A DNA stretch of 63,832 bases, the filler included, from Octopus bimaculoides (taxonomy: Eukaryota), in the NCBI RefSeq assembly GCF_001194135.2. It is 4 parts of 4 records of this genome, joined end to end, with 100 filler letters (N's around TTAATTAATTAA, not from the genome) between each part and the next. Parts side by side here need not be neighbours in the genome. Positions count along the whole stretch, not along the records: positions 1 to 29,478 come from NC_068987.1; 3 more parts are not named here. One strand, given 5' to 3'. Each line of letters begins with the position of its first letter. The stretch's first letter is position 1. Positions 1 to 12,705 of this stretch are shown here, in pieces. The notes under the pieces are model-generated. The model saw only the letters and a program-made list of their open reading frames with translations. It ran no database searches and was not told where the DNA came from. A program made the translations under genes and the position numbers.

Positions 1-387
1 GTATTGATCTAACTCGTCTATAGTACTCTTTTTTTATTTTTTATTTCATTTGTGTATGTTGTATCCTATCTAGTTCATTGACTCCTAAATACTTATATGG
101 TTGGCTTTCGTCTAGTTCTCTTATTTCATTGGCTTTATCTAGTGTTATATTGCTACTTTTAACTAATTTTCCTCTTTTCAGGGTTGCTTTGGCACATTTT
201 TCTAATCCGAATTTCATTTCTATTTCCTTGGTAAAGCCGTGTACTGTCTGTAGTAGTGTTTCTAGCTCTTTGTCGTTTTTTGCATATAATTTTAGGTCAT
301 CCATATATAGAAGGTGGCTGACTGTTTCTCCATAGCATTTGTAACCGCATCCAGTTCTATTTAGCAAAGCATTTGTAACCGCATCCA
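1..387 (-). mobile_element. 5'-truncated R4/Dong-type (RLE) non-LTR retrotransposon, reverse-transcriptase fragment
   Basis: Translation HLLYMDDLKLYAKN...MKFGLEKCAK...YKYLGV is the RT YMDD region typical of R4/Dong LINEs. It starts directly after a (TAA)n tract on the minus strand and runs off the window start. Confidence 0.85.
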
Positions 388-437
388 TATTATTATTATT
401 ATTATTATCATCATCATTATTATTATTATTATTATTA

Positions 438-505
<68 letters not shown>
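388..505. repeat. (ATT/TAA)n microsatellite
   Basis: Direct reading; this tract gives the poly-Asn run in ORF 41..595. Confidence 0.98.
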
Positions 506-525
506 GCTGTTGTTGTTGTTGTTGT

Positions 526-972
526 TGAGTGAGAGAATATTGCATGCCATCAAAGTGAGACTGTGGTAAAATATGCGAAGTCCAATACCCATCATAACTA
601 CCCGTCTGATAAGGGTACACTAGATACATGTATCACGACCATATATATGCGACATAGTGATCTCATATCAAGATAAACAGCGCATGACCTTGCGGGTAGG
701 GTCCAGTTATAATTTTCGTCAGGTCGAGTAGCCTATCTCGGTCAAAAGGTACCTGAATAAGGTTTGTTTAAGGATGTTGAACAAAACACCCGTGTTTTCA
801 GAGGTGAATTATTCAAACCCCAAAGAATTCCTCTCAACACATGGCTATGATGCTCCCCCACTACTTCTGCTCGTGATCAGGGATGCACATATCGTCAGCT
901 GCCAGCTCAACTGGTTAAGATCAAACAACTGACAGGCAAATCTATGGTATTGAGCAGAAGAATATTTGCTGT
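526..972 (-). mobile_element. Interspersed repeat ending in a (CAA/TAA)n tail, probably the 3' UTR of an RLE LINE or a LINE-derived SINE
   Basis: The reverse complement of about 780-972 matches 61230-61398 plus 61830-61880 (e.g. TACAGCAAATATT, GATCACGAGCAGAAGTAG, CATAGCCATGTGTTGA, GGAATTCTTTGGGGTTTG). Flanked by TAA/CAA tracts. The family assignment is inference. Confidence 0.6.
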
Positions 973-1002
973 ATTATTATTATTGTTGTTGTTGTTATTA
1001 TT

Positions 1003-1222
1003 AAGGCGATGGGCTGGAAAAATAGATAGCACGTTAGGAAAAATTCTTAACAACGTTTCTTCCAGCTCCTGACGTTCTGAGATCCAATTCCACAGACGTC
1101 GAGCTTGCCTTTCACCCTTTCAAGGTTGGATAAAGTAAGTACCAGTCGAGCACTGGGGTGGATGTAATCAACTAGCTCCCTCCCCTAAAATTTCAGGCTC
1201 TGTACATATTATAGAAATAATT
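1003..1222 (+). mobile_element. tRNA-derived SINE, main family of this window
   Basis: Head AAGGCG..GCTGG, central GCCTTTCA.CC..T..GGT.GATAAA.TAAGTACCAG segment (recalled as MetaSINE-like). Homologous to copies at 6320, 12303, 29190, 53037 and 63434. Confidence 0.8.
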
Positions 1223-2625
1223 TGTATTACTATTATCATAAAATGTGTTTCGGTGTTTAATTGTATTCCTTTTAAATCTCACCGTTTCAATTAATGACTT
1301 ATCTTTCGTCGTCTGGGAAATAATAATTAGTCAAGTACTGAAGTTGATCTAATCAACTATCCACACCTCAGCAACCGGAGCCTTGTATATTTATTAGCAG
1401 TAATTAGTATAACAACCACATTACATAAGAATATGTCTTTGTATTCACTGTTGCCACATTGCGGTCAATAACATCGAATACGCTCCTGTTCTTTTCACTG
1501 TAGTTAAAGGTCTAAGGTATTAAAAACAGAGTTTATCGCTATCGAAATATAAATACATTGCAGGTGAGAAGTGGCAATCGTCACAAACCAACCGTTAAAT
1601 ATATGTATTTATACATTTATACACACATACACACATATGATGTGATATCCTAATATTTAAGAGAGAAAGTATTCTAATGTAGAATATACGTACCCAAGAG
1701 TGGGGAGGATAATTATCTGTAAGAAGTTTCATTTGAAATACCACAACGTCTTGAATTACGGATCAGTTATTATAATTCCACGTAAGTGAATCTAATTGCT
1801 TGTTTAAACTATGTAATTGTTAGAAAGCATGCAATTTAAGCTGATTATCTTCCATAATTAATTTTAGTGTTGAATAGGAAAGATATCATTCATTGATGGT
1901 TTCTTTTAAACGTGCTAAAGTTTGATTAGCCTTTGCCGAGTTACACAACCATCCCACAAGAACTAACAAGAAACATTAGCATATGACCTTTCTTCCTTTC
2001 TAATATCATTCCTTGCTAACCTTTTGGATCAAGGCTGACCTGGTGTTAGACATCAACTACAACAGCAACAATAATAGCAGCAGAAACAACAACAACAACC
2101 ATGGCAATAGTTTGCAGCAGGAATGTTCAACAAACCCTTATACCATAATTCTATATTCCCCTTCCACCAACTTATCTACGTAGGTTTCACCTATCACTTT
2201 TCCAAGTTTCACCCAACAGAGTGAGCTTCATTGAAGTTCTCTTTCCAGTTACATGGTTCCGGGTTCGTTCCAGCTACGCGCACCCTTAGAACTTCTGCTA
2301 TAGTCACGAGTCTACCAACGCATTATGGTTGAAATCAAGGAAGTAGGAAACTGCATAGAAGCCTGTCAGAGGGATCTGCTTTGATTTTGGGTTGTAGAAT
2401 TAATGCCCTGTGAGTTAACACAACCACTCGTTCTCTGGGTGGCTTTAGTAAAGTAGAGTCCGTTGCAAGTATTCAGACTAGAACTCCGGACTGAAGATAC
2501 ATGAAGTATAATTTCTTTAAGCTTCTTCGTCGCTATCTTTTGGAGACGCTGCTAAGGTCATAGCCCTTTGCACATTTCATTTTCACTAAGCGATTCCAGA
2601 GCTCTATACATTTGTGATATACTCA

Positions 2626-2657
<32 letters not shown>

Positions 2658-5600
2658 GCAACAACAACAACAACAACAACAACAACATAGGTTCCACCTA
2701 TCACTGTTTCCAAGTTCTACCCAAAACATTGAGCTTCATTGAAGCTCACTTTTCAATTTTGTGAATTCCGAGTTCAGTCCAACTTCAAACATCCTTAGGA
2801 CTTTTGCAATAGCCACGAGTCTACCAACGCATTATGATAGGAATTAAAGAAGTAGATTGGAATAAGTTGTAACTGTTGTTGCGACTGTTTCTGTTATGCT
2901 GTTATTGTTGTCGTTGGTGGTAGTAGTTGTAATGTTGTTAGGATTTATATGATGTTGTTGGTGGTAGTGGTGGTGGCAATGTTAGTGGTAGTGGTGTTGG
3001 TGAGTTTGTTGCTGTCGATGATAGTAGCGGTGGTTGAAGTGCTGATGGTAGTGGTGTCGTCCCCAGTCAGCTCTAATCGAGGAGACCTATGATCAAAGAC
3101 CTAACTTTCATCACCACCTCTTTTCTTTTTGAGGTATAGTATCCTGAGGACTCCAAGGTCCAATGTATTCCCTCTTTCTTAAGGATGTTGGCCGATGATT
3201 TGAAGGATATCTGGCTGCTATGTTAGCAAATCTAGCGACCATATATTTTCTCTGACTTTGGTTCATTTAGCAAACAGTAGATAGACGTTCTAATAAAAAG
3301 GTTAATGCGTTGTGAATCGGATTTCTAACGTTTCCATGTGGGCTCGTATAATAGAAAGGGGCTTACTCCAAACTGCAGAATATTTCCCTCACAACACATT
3401 AAATTTATCGGGTTTTGAAAAGTATTGAACTCATTTTAGTTACCGTAAAAGCATTATTAGTTTCTTCAAACTCTACTGATTAATTTCATCTCCGTATTGA
3501 ATTTATAGAAGTTTTGATAAGAGTCACGAAGATATTTGTTTATGTCTCTCTTACCATCTCTCTTCCTTTCCATGTTCCACGCCTGTACTCTCATATATGC
3601 ATGCATACATACATACATGCATAATACATATATACATACATACATACATACATACACACACACACATACAACAGGTTTCTTTCAGTTTCAGTCTACTAAA
3701 TCCTCTCAAGAGGCTTTGGTCAGCCGGGGCAATTGTCGAAGACAAAAGTTCAGGGAAGCGCGCGGTGGGACTGAACCCAAGACCAATGGTTGGGAAGCAA
3801 ACTTCTTAACCACTCAACCATGCCTATGCCTAATCACACAGCCAATTCTAAACAATGGGCTTCCACATTGTTTCAGGTTATAAATTTAATTCACAGAGCA
3901 TTAATCGATCCAAGGTTATAAAGAAGACACTCGTTCAAGATGCCACGCAATGAGACTGAACTCAAAGCCATGTGGCTGCGAAACAATCTTCTTAACCACG
4001 AAGCTATGTTTGGCTTTACGTAGACATTTGATTTCATGTTACTTTCAATGTGTTGTAATTCAAAAATCAATTGATAATAAACAAAAGATCGAAGCAGAAA
4101 GCTATCTTTAATGTTAAATTGAATTCGAAGTGTTGCGTATTAGTATTTTGTTTTCCTAGTAAATATTCGTCTAATATTTTTTCGAAGACGATGAATTATT
4201 AGAGTCAGAATTATGTATATTCGTTTCTGGCTATCTGCACTCTGAGTTCAAATTCCACCGAGATCAGTCTTATCATTTATTATTTCAGGGTTGGCATACA
4301 AAGTACCAGTCGATAGTGGTGGAATGGTGGACTTGTTAGGGCATCGAATGGAATTCTTTGTGATACCTGTTTCAGCTCTTTGCGTTCTGAGTTCAGTTTC
4401 ACCCAAATACCAGTACCAGAACTAATTGGCCTACAACCAATACAGATCTATAACCAACACTGCTCTATAACCAGCATAAGCTTATAAGTAACATATGTAC
4501 ATAGATTATACAGTAACGACATGCAAGGGTTTCAGCAACCGTGGATCGTAAATGAGTGAATGTGAAAAATTATATCAGTATTTATTCTTAAATGTTTGAA
4601 AATTATTTGTACGTTAATTATAAAACTATTATGACTCACAAAACGTTAAAAGAAATTCATTTATTTGCTCAGCTTCAATAAAAATATAAAGATGTAATTC
4701 TGAAGAGGAAATATCAGATAAACTCTCAGGGAAATACACAGTACCTTTATCTTTTACCTTTCACTTGTTTCAGTCATTAGATTGCGGCCATGCTAGGAAA
4801 CTGTCTTGAAGGATTATAGTCGAAACAATCGACGCCAGTACCTTTTTTCGTTAAAGACTGATACTTATTCTATCGATCCTTTTTGCCGATCCACTAAGTT
4901 ACGGATTGGCAATAGCTAATTTTTGTTGCGCTAATTTGACTCAAAAGACTCAAGCAGTCATGAAGCGTTTTCATACGATAGTGCTCACACCACTCGATTA
5001 TGATACCAATTTACAGCTACTTTAGTAGAGCCAGTAAAACATAGTCCTCATAGTCATATAGCCTGCACTATGACAATAATAGGATGCGAACTATCTAGTA
5101 TTCTATTGGCATATATGTACATATTTAGCGAATCGGTTAGCTACAGTTGAATATGAAACATGGTGATGTATCCATTTATATTTGATGTGATTAACATTTT
5201 ATATTTAACAATATATATAAATAGTTAACGTTGTCGATATTTTATCTAAATTATCTCGAAAAGACCAAAAATATATTAAACATAAGCCGAAGGAATCTCT
5301 TGAAATAATCATGTATAAGCTATTTATTCAGTGATGTGGAATATTGTAGTTGAAATCTCTGATTCTTATGAATGTAGCTCATTAGTTTATTCTGTTTAGT
5401 CAATGAACCACAACTGACAAAGGAATGAAAAAAGGCACCAAAATAAAGTTATACGAAATGTAATTATTGTACAAATATTTCAGCAGTTTATATTCACTTC
5501 GTGCAGATGTTTGTCGCTTCAGCTATTAATGGTATTTGGAAGGATTCTTGTTAAACGTTACATACAAGGCACACGCATGGCAGTATGGTTAAAAAGTTCT

Positions 5601-6319
5601 TGCATTGGTGGTTTTAGGTACGATTCCGCTGTCATCGCCTTTTCTTCTAGAGACTATTAAAGACCCGAGAATGGAATGGAATGTGGTAGACATAATCCGA
5701 CAGTCGGTTCAGCAAGTGTTTGCCTCATGGGTACTTTTAGCAAAGTCTGCTCTGCTTCAAGTATTCAGACCATCTTTTCGATTTGAGGATAGATATCTTC
5801 TTTTTATTATCTTTCTACCAGTCTCAGTGGCCCTGAATATTGTCATAGTACTGACCTTCCATCTCTGACTATAAAATAATATATCAGAGAAAACAGTTAC
5901 TTCTTGAACTACTCAATAATTTCAATGAACCAAATGTCCAGCTTGATTGTTCACTGTTATCCGAGAAATACTTTAAAAGTTCGTGTATTAAAGGTCAACC
6001 AACTAAAGTGTTTGCTATAATGAGCCTCCCGTCCAATCCGATGACATTTATTATTGCTTCGTCTTTTGAACACATAAGATCCTACCAAACCTGTCAACGA
6101 AAGGACATGTTAGTGAACACCCTCTCATAAAATCTTCAGCATCTCTCATTCTCTTGTGAATCAAACCAATAAATATTTTCTGGTCCTATTTGAAACTTTT
6201 GAGGGCTAGGTCCATAAAGGACAACCAAAGTTTAAATTCCCTCACTGGTAGTGTTTTGTCGTTAACCCATAAAATGTGAATCATCTAGTTCCAAACATTT
6301 ATACCACAAATGGTTATAT

Positions 6320-6470
6320 ATCTGAGTTCAAATTCTACTAAGGTCGACTTTGCCCTTCATCCTTTCAGGGTCGATTAAATAAGTACCAGTTACGCACTGG
6401 GGTCGAAGTAATCGACTTAATCCCCTCCCGCAAGCTGCCCTTGTGGAAAAAATTTGAAATCATTATTATC
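6320..6470 (+). mobile_element. SINE, 5'-truncated copy
   Basis: TCTGAGTTCAAATTC...GGTCGACTTTGCCCTTCATCCTTTCAGGGTCGATTAAATAAGTACCAG...GGGGTCGAAGTAATCGACT, followed by a tail of ATT repeats. Confidence 0.8.
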
Positions 6471-8148
6471 ATTATGATAGTGAAAATTTTCTTGAATCTA
6501 TTTTCACAATGTCTCAATATCTGTAATGAGTTGCTCGTAAATAAGATTACAGTTTTTTCGGTCTGTTAACTTCATTTTTTAGAGAGGAAATAAAATGTAA
6601 TATTTAAATCTACATTACGTTTTGCTTCCCGATCAAAACGCTGATCTAAACGTTGTATAGATGTAAATAAGACAGTTTTTTTCCCCTTCTATCTCTCTAA
6701 AGATGTGTTTANNNNNNNNNNNNNNNNNNNNNNNNNNNNNNNNNNNNNNNNNNNNNNNNNNNNNNNNNNNNNNNNNNNNNNNNNNNNNNNNNNNNNNNNN
6801 NNNNNNNNNNNNNNNNNNNNNNNNNNNNNNNNNNNNNNNNNNNNNNNNNNNNNNNNNNNNNNNNNNNNNNNNNNNNNNNNNNNNNNNNNNNNNNNNNNNN
6901 NNNNNNNNNNNNNNNNNNNNNNNNNNNNNNNNNNNNNNNNNNNNNNNNNNNNNNNNNNNNNNNNNNNNNNNNNNNNNNNNNNNNNNNNNNNNNNNNNNNN
7001 NNNNNNNNNNNNNNNNNNNNNNNNNNNNNNNNNNNNNNNNNNNNNNNNNNNNNNNNNNNNNNNNNNNNNNNNNNNNNNNNNNNNNNNNNNNNNNNNNNNN
7101 NNNNNNNNNNNNNNNNNNNNNNNNNNNNNNNNNNNNNNNNNNNNNNNNNNNNNNNNNNNNNNNNNNNNNNNNNNNNNNNNNNNNNNNNNNNNNNNNNNNN
7201 NNNNNNNNNNNNNNNNNNNNNNNNNNNNNNNNNNNNNNNNNNNNNNNNNNNNNNNNNNNNNNNNNNNNNNNNNNNNNNNNNNNNNNNNNNNNNNNNNNNN
7301 NNNNNNNNNNNNNNNNNNNNNNNNNNNNNNNNNNNNNNNNNNNNNNNNNNNNNNNNNNNNNNNNNNNNNNNNNNNNNNNNNNNNNNNNNNNNNNNNNNNN
7401 NNNNNNCCCAGCTGACTGCGATAGTCAATAAAATAGAAGAAGAATTGGAAAATTTATTCTTTTTGTGCGGCGCAGTACAGGTCCGCGTCCCACTGATTGG
7501 GAACCCCTTATCTAATGCATCCTTTTTTTTAAAAAAACCGATCTAGTGAAACTTGAGGAAGTTTTCGCCGCTGTAGGTTGAAGGACAACTGACCATATAA
7601 TCAGTTAAATCTTATTGATTTTACAATCAAGTATAAAACCTCCATCATTTAATTTTTCGATTAATGCAATTCATCTGTGGAAATATATAAAAAAAAGAAA
7701 ATCTTTTATACTTTCATACTTCTCATTTATTTATTTTTTCTACACATTCTCTAGAACACTCTACTTTTGTATCACAAACCCACCTCGAAGTAAAATATTA
7801 ACAGAACAAAACTAAAATACGTAAGCCCTCCAGTAAAATACAGTAAGAAATAAAATGACCGAATTTCTGTCTCTCCATTTATATTTGTTTGCTATTTTTA
7901 AGTGAAAACCACCATTGCGATCAATCTGAAATAACTCTTTACCCTCTACTTGCTAATACAGTATTTTGATATTAGTTCTCGTTTAAAGCGAATTGATGAA
8001 ACGAATAACGAATATTGTACAGAGCAATGAAGGATTTCAAATCAGTATTGCTATATCTTGTTATCCTGATTCCATCTGGTTGTTGCCGTCTAGTTAACGT
8101 AAAATTAAACTAATAAAGCTATGAACGGGTAAGTTGCGCATACATACA

Positions 8149-8179
<31 letters not shown>

Positions 8180-8471
8180 GTATACACACACAGACACACA
8201 CATATATATAGTCGTTAAGTGAAAATTATAGATAGCTAGATGGTTGGATAGATATGGCTGGATTGATAAATATACATATAGATGTAAATATACGTATGTA
8301 TGTATATATGTATATATATATATATATATACAAACACACACACATATGTATATACTTATATAAGTATATATATGTATGTATAAATACATATACATACATG
8401 ACTATCTATGTGTCTATAGCTATTTATCACATATACATTCGTATCGATATATGTATACGCATGTGTGTATG

Positions 8472-8557
<86 letters not shown>

Positions 8558-9044
8558 GTATGCATGTACATGCTTACGTATATGTATGTGTGTGGTACGT
8601 GTGCTTGCATGTGCAAGCGAGTGGTGTGTATACAGTGGTGGGAGGGTAACTCGTTTCTTATTTCCGAAAAACTAATAGATGCAGTACATCATTTCAATGA
8701 AATATGCTGTGTATCGATGAATGCGGTGACAGTAACTGAGTTCATCAAACCTGTATAATCAACTAGCTCAGTTGTCCAGGGTGGATGATATAGCCTGGGA
8801 GAAGCTAACCAAGTATAACTATTGTTAATGAGATTTCAATGAAAAGTAGTTTTGTGAAATAGTAACGTATGATCATATATATAGTGATAACATTTGTCAA
8901 GTACCCGACCTGCTGAGAACACACAGAGACACACATACATGTGTATGTATGCACAAATATATACATATATATATATGTATGTATGTATATACACACACAG
9001 GTATATGTTTAACCGCATATATACGTATACATCTGTATATATAT

Positions 9045-9094
<50 letters not shown>

Positions 9095-9304
9095 GTAAAG
9101 TGAGGGAGAGGGGGAGAAATACATATACAAGTATATGAGTATATACGCACGAGCTCATACATAAACATGTCTAGATAGATAAATAGATAGACAGGCATAC
9201 AGACAAACAAATCGATAGATAAGGTAGATGGAAAGACAAATAGATAGATAGATAGATAGATAACATGATTGTATGATGTATAATGTATGTTTATATATAT
9301 ATGT

Positions 9305-9338
<34 letters not shown>

Positions 9339-10356
9339 ATATNNNNNNNNNNNNNNNNNNNNNNNNNNNNNNNNNNNNNNNNNNNNNNNNNNNNNNNNNN
9401 NNNNNNNNNNNNNNNNNNNNNNNNNNNNNNNNNNNNNNNNNNNNNNNNNNNNNNNNNNNNNNNNNNNNNNNNNNNNNNNNNNNNNNNNNNNNNNNNNNNN
9501 NNNNNNNNNNNNNNNNNNNNNNNNNNNNNNNNNNNNNNNNNNNNNNNNNNNNNNNNNNNNNNNNNNNNNNNNNNNNNNNNNNNNNNNNNNNNNNNNNNNN
9601 NNNNNNNNNNNNNNNNNNNNNNNNNNNNNNNNNNNNNNNNNNNNNNNNNNNNNNNNNNNNNNNNNNNNNNNNNNNNNNNNNNNNNNNNNNNNNNNNNNNN
9701 NNNNNNNNNNNNNNNNNNNNNNNNNNNNNNNNNNNNNNNNNNNNNNNNNNNNNNNNNNNNNNNNNNNNNNNNNNNNNNNNNNNNNNNNNNNNNNNNNNNN
9801 NNNNNNNNNNNNNNNNNNNNNNNNNNNNNNNNNNNNNNNNNNNNNNNNNNNNNNNNNNNNNNNNNNNNNNNNNNNNNNNNNNNNNNNNNNNNNNNNNNNN
9901 NNNNNNNNNNNNNNNNNNNNNNNNNNNNNNNNNNNNNNNNNNNNNNNNNNNNNNNNNNNNNNNNNNNNNNNNNNNNNNNNNNNNNNNNNNNNNNNNNNNN
10001 NNNNNNNNNNNNNNNNNNNNNNNNNNNNNNNNNNNNNNNNNNNNNNNNNNNNNNNNNNNNNNNNNNNNNNNNNNNNNNNNNNNNNNNNNNNNNNNNNNNN
10101 NNNNNNNNNNNNNNNNNNNNNNNNNNNNNNNNNNNNNNNNNNNNNNNNNNNNNNNNNNNNNNNNNNNNNNNNNNNNNNNNNNNNNNNNNNNNNNNNNNNN
10201 NNNNNNNNNNNNNNNNNNNNNNNNNNNNNNNNNNNNNNNNNNNNNNNNNNNNNNNNNNNNNNNNNNNNNNNNNNNNNNNNNNNNNNNNNNNNNNNNNNNN
10301 NNNNNNNNNNNNNNNNNNNNNNNNNNNNNNNNNNNTAACATTAAACGATAATTTCA

Positions 10357-10387
<31 letters not shown>

Positions 10388-11649
10388 ATGTGTGTATACG
10401 TAAATATGTGTGCGTGTAGTATGTGAAGCAGTATAGTTAATGTTTTAGCTTGTTTTTGCTTTCATTTTACTATTAGCAATAATAATCACAAAAACGGTGC
10501 GGCTTGAATTTCTGAGAAACAAGCGCCATTCGAACAATCGGTTGTTTCACAATACAATATGTGCAATGATATGTGTGTGAAGATTGAAAGAAGAGATCGT
10601 GATAATCACTGTTGTTTGGTGTGAACAAAGAAAGTTGGAATACCTTAAGCAAGTAAAACAACAACAAAAACAAAGAAGCATAAATGATGGAAATGTAGTC
10701 GGATGTGGAGTGTCGATCCGTATTTCGTTAGACACAACCGACTGGTGGTTTTGAACGCCATTTGTTCCAAACGGCGCTTCGGGAAAATGATAAGGAATCA
10801 TTTTTTTTTTATAAAATTTAATGCGTACAACAGAATGTCATGGTTTAACTACATGTCTACGACTTTTGAATAAATCTTAGTATTAATTTAAAAGAGTTTA
10901 TATATTTCTTATATTGGCACACTAGCACAGATTTATAAGGAAGGAATGTATAAGTAATGCTATTTATTACTGGTATTTTATCACTACCGCCGTGGTTAAA
11001 CGAAAGTCGATTATACTGGGATTTGGACGTGCGATGTATTTTCTCGTACTCAACCGTGTAGTAATACGCAGGCAGCATTATAAAGGTTAATATGTCGCAT
11101 TGCAACAATGTAGGTTCTGTTTCTCGCTCACTGCACGGCACCTTTTGCATATGTTTTACCAGTGTCGAGTCGAACAAAGAGTTGTACGTGACATTTGTTC
11201 CACCAAAACAACGTAGAAATTTATTAGATGGGTCATTTTTGCTTTTTGCTTTGAGTTTAACTCTAGTCAGGTTGACATACCGTGACTTTAGCGGAGTCCA
11301 TTTTGTTGCAAGTGTTCAATTTACATCTCTTCTCTGAGAATCGCTTCCTTACTTCCACCCAACAATTTTTGCAATGCCTGAAAAGAATTGCCAGCTTTGC
11401 CCTTACTAGTCCCACTAAGAAATTATAATATAAAGGTAAGACAAAAAAAAAAAAAGAAGAAATAAATAAATAAACAAAAATAGAAAAAAAAAACAGTAGA
11501 TCAATACAATTCATTCAAACATATTCACAAATTTTATATAGTTGGGAATTGGCTATAGCGACCAGAGGATCATATTCTGTTATCAAAAGTGACCCCTGTC
11601 CACGGTCAAAACATTTAGCTTACAATAACTGAATTTCTTTAGGCGTAAA

Positions 11650-12290
11650 TATGTACCAGTAAATACAACTAGGATTAACTAGACACCGCTTAATGTATTT
11701 ACCCATTGGTAGGTAGTCAGAAGAAAACAGTGTATTCTGCTGTACTAGGTACCAGTGATTATACTTAAACATCAAAATATAATCGTGAATGTACATAACT
11801 GTCTGTAGGTATCAATGACTGTATTAAGATGTCAGCAGGTACCAGCAAATATTGATAGTTGTCAGTAGACACTACTAAATAAACTTAGATACCAGCGGAT
11901 ACCAGTAACTGTAATGAGACATCTGTAGGTATGAGTGGAGGTACCTAATTGTCAGTGTTATATAGGGAATGAATTTGGTTGACAGTAGATATCTAATTTT
12001 CAATAAGTATAAGTAAATATACCTAGTTGTCAGATACTTAATAGTAAGTTGCAGACAGTTTGCAGCATCAAATGTACCCGGATATCTGTAGTTATCATTG
12101 GAAGTATCTACTTGTCAGTTTGGACCAGTAAATGTGCCTAGTTGTCAGTAGGTACCATTGAACCTACCTATATTACAATACCTAGCTGTGAATGTACTTA
12201 TTTGTCAGTAGGGATCAGTAAATGTACCTAGTTGTTTGTAAGGAGCAGTAAATATCCGTAAATGCCAATAAGGACCAGTAGTTATATCAA
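11650..12290. repeat. Degenerate ~30-bp minisatellite
   Basis: Recurring unit close to GTCAGTAGGTACCAGTAAATGTACCTAGTT; the clearest consecutive copies are at about 12115-12290. Confidence 0.65.
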
Positions 12291-12302
12291 TTCTGTATAG
12301 AA

Positions 12303-12495
12303 CAGGCGGTAAGCTAACAGAATCGTTAGCACACTGGACAGAATGATTGGCGACATTTCTTCCGGCTTACGTTCTGAGTTCAAATTCGACCTTACCTTTC
12401 ATGCTTTCGGAGTCGGATGAAGTACGAGTTGAGGTCGATGTAATCGACTCACTCCTCCCCAAATATTCCTCCTTGTAACTATAATAAAAAGAAGA
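12303..12495 (+). mobile_element. SINE, near full length
   Basis: AGGCGGTAAGCTAACAGAATCGTTAGCAC head, TTACGTTCTGAGTTCAAATTC B-box-like segment and GAGGTCGATGTAATCGACT body. Confidence 0.8.
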
Positions 12496-12705
12496 TAAGA
12501 ATTTTTAGTAGATATGAACTCAATCAAAATTACTTGTTCTAGACATACTACTTAAAGACATAATTTTCAACCGCATTTCTGAGAACTCGCAACGTTAAGA
12601 AACTCACCATCTTCAATATATACAACACAGAGAAAATAAATAATTCAATTCATGTTCGTAAGTATATATTAGTCACAAGAATTAAAATAAAAGTACTTAT
12701 TTGTA

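Noticed and set aside
3466-3883. Low-complexity ORFs (YIYI, CVCV, HTHT, poly-N/L/H/Y) throughout the window
   Set aside because: Translations of microsatellites; no coding signal.
5640-5870. Possible RTE LINE relic (KRWSEY on the minus strand)
   Set aside because: One short motif only; not enough to call without a profile search.
6703-10403. Long ORFs of 236-501 aa here and at 17944-19126 and 58299-59255
   Set aside because: They are runs of X from assembly gaps.
11650-12290. CRISPR-like array
   Set aside because: Units are contiguous and degenerate with no unique spacers; the context is eukaryotic and there are no cas genes.
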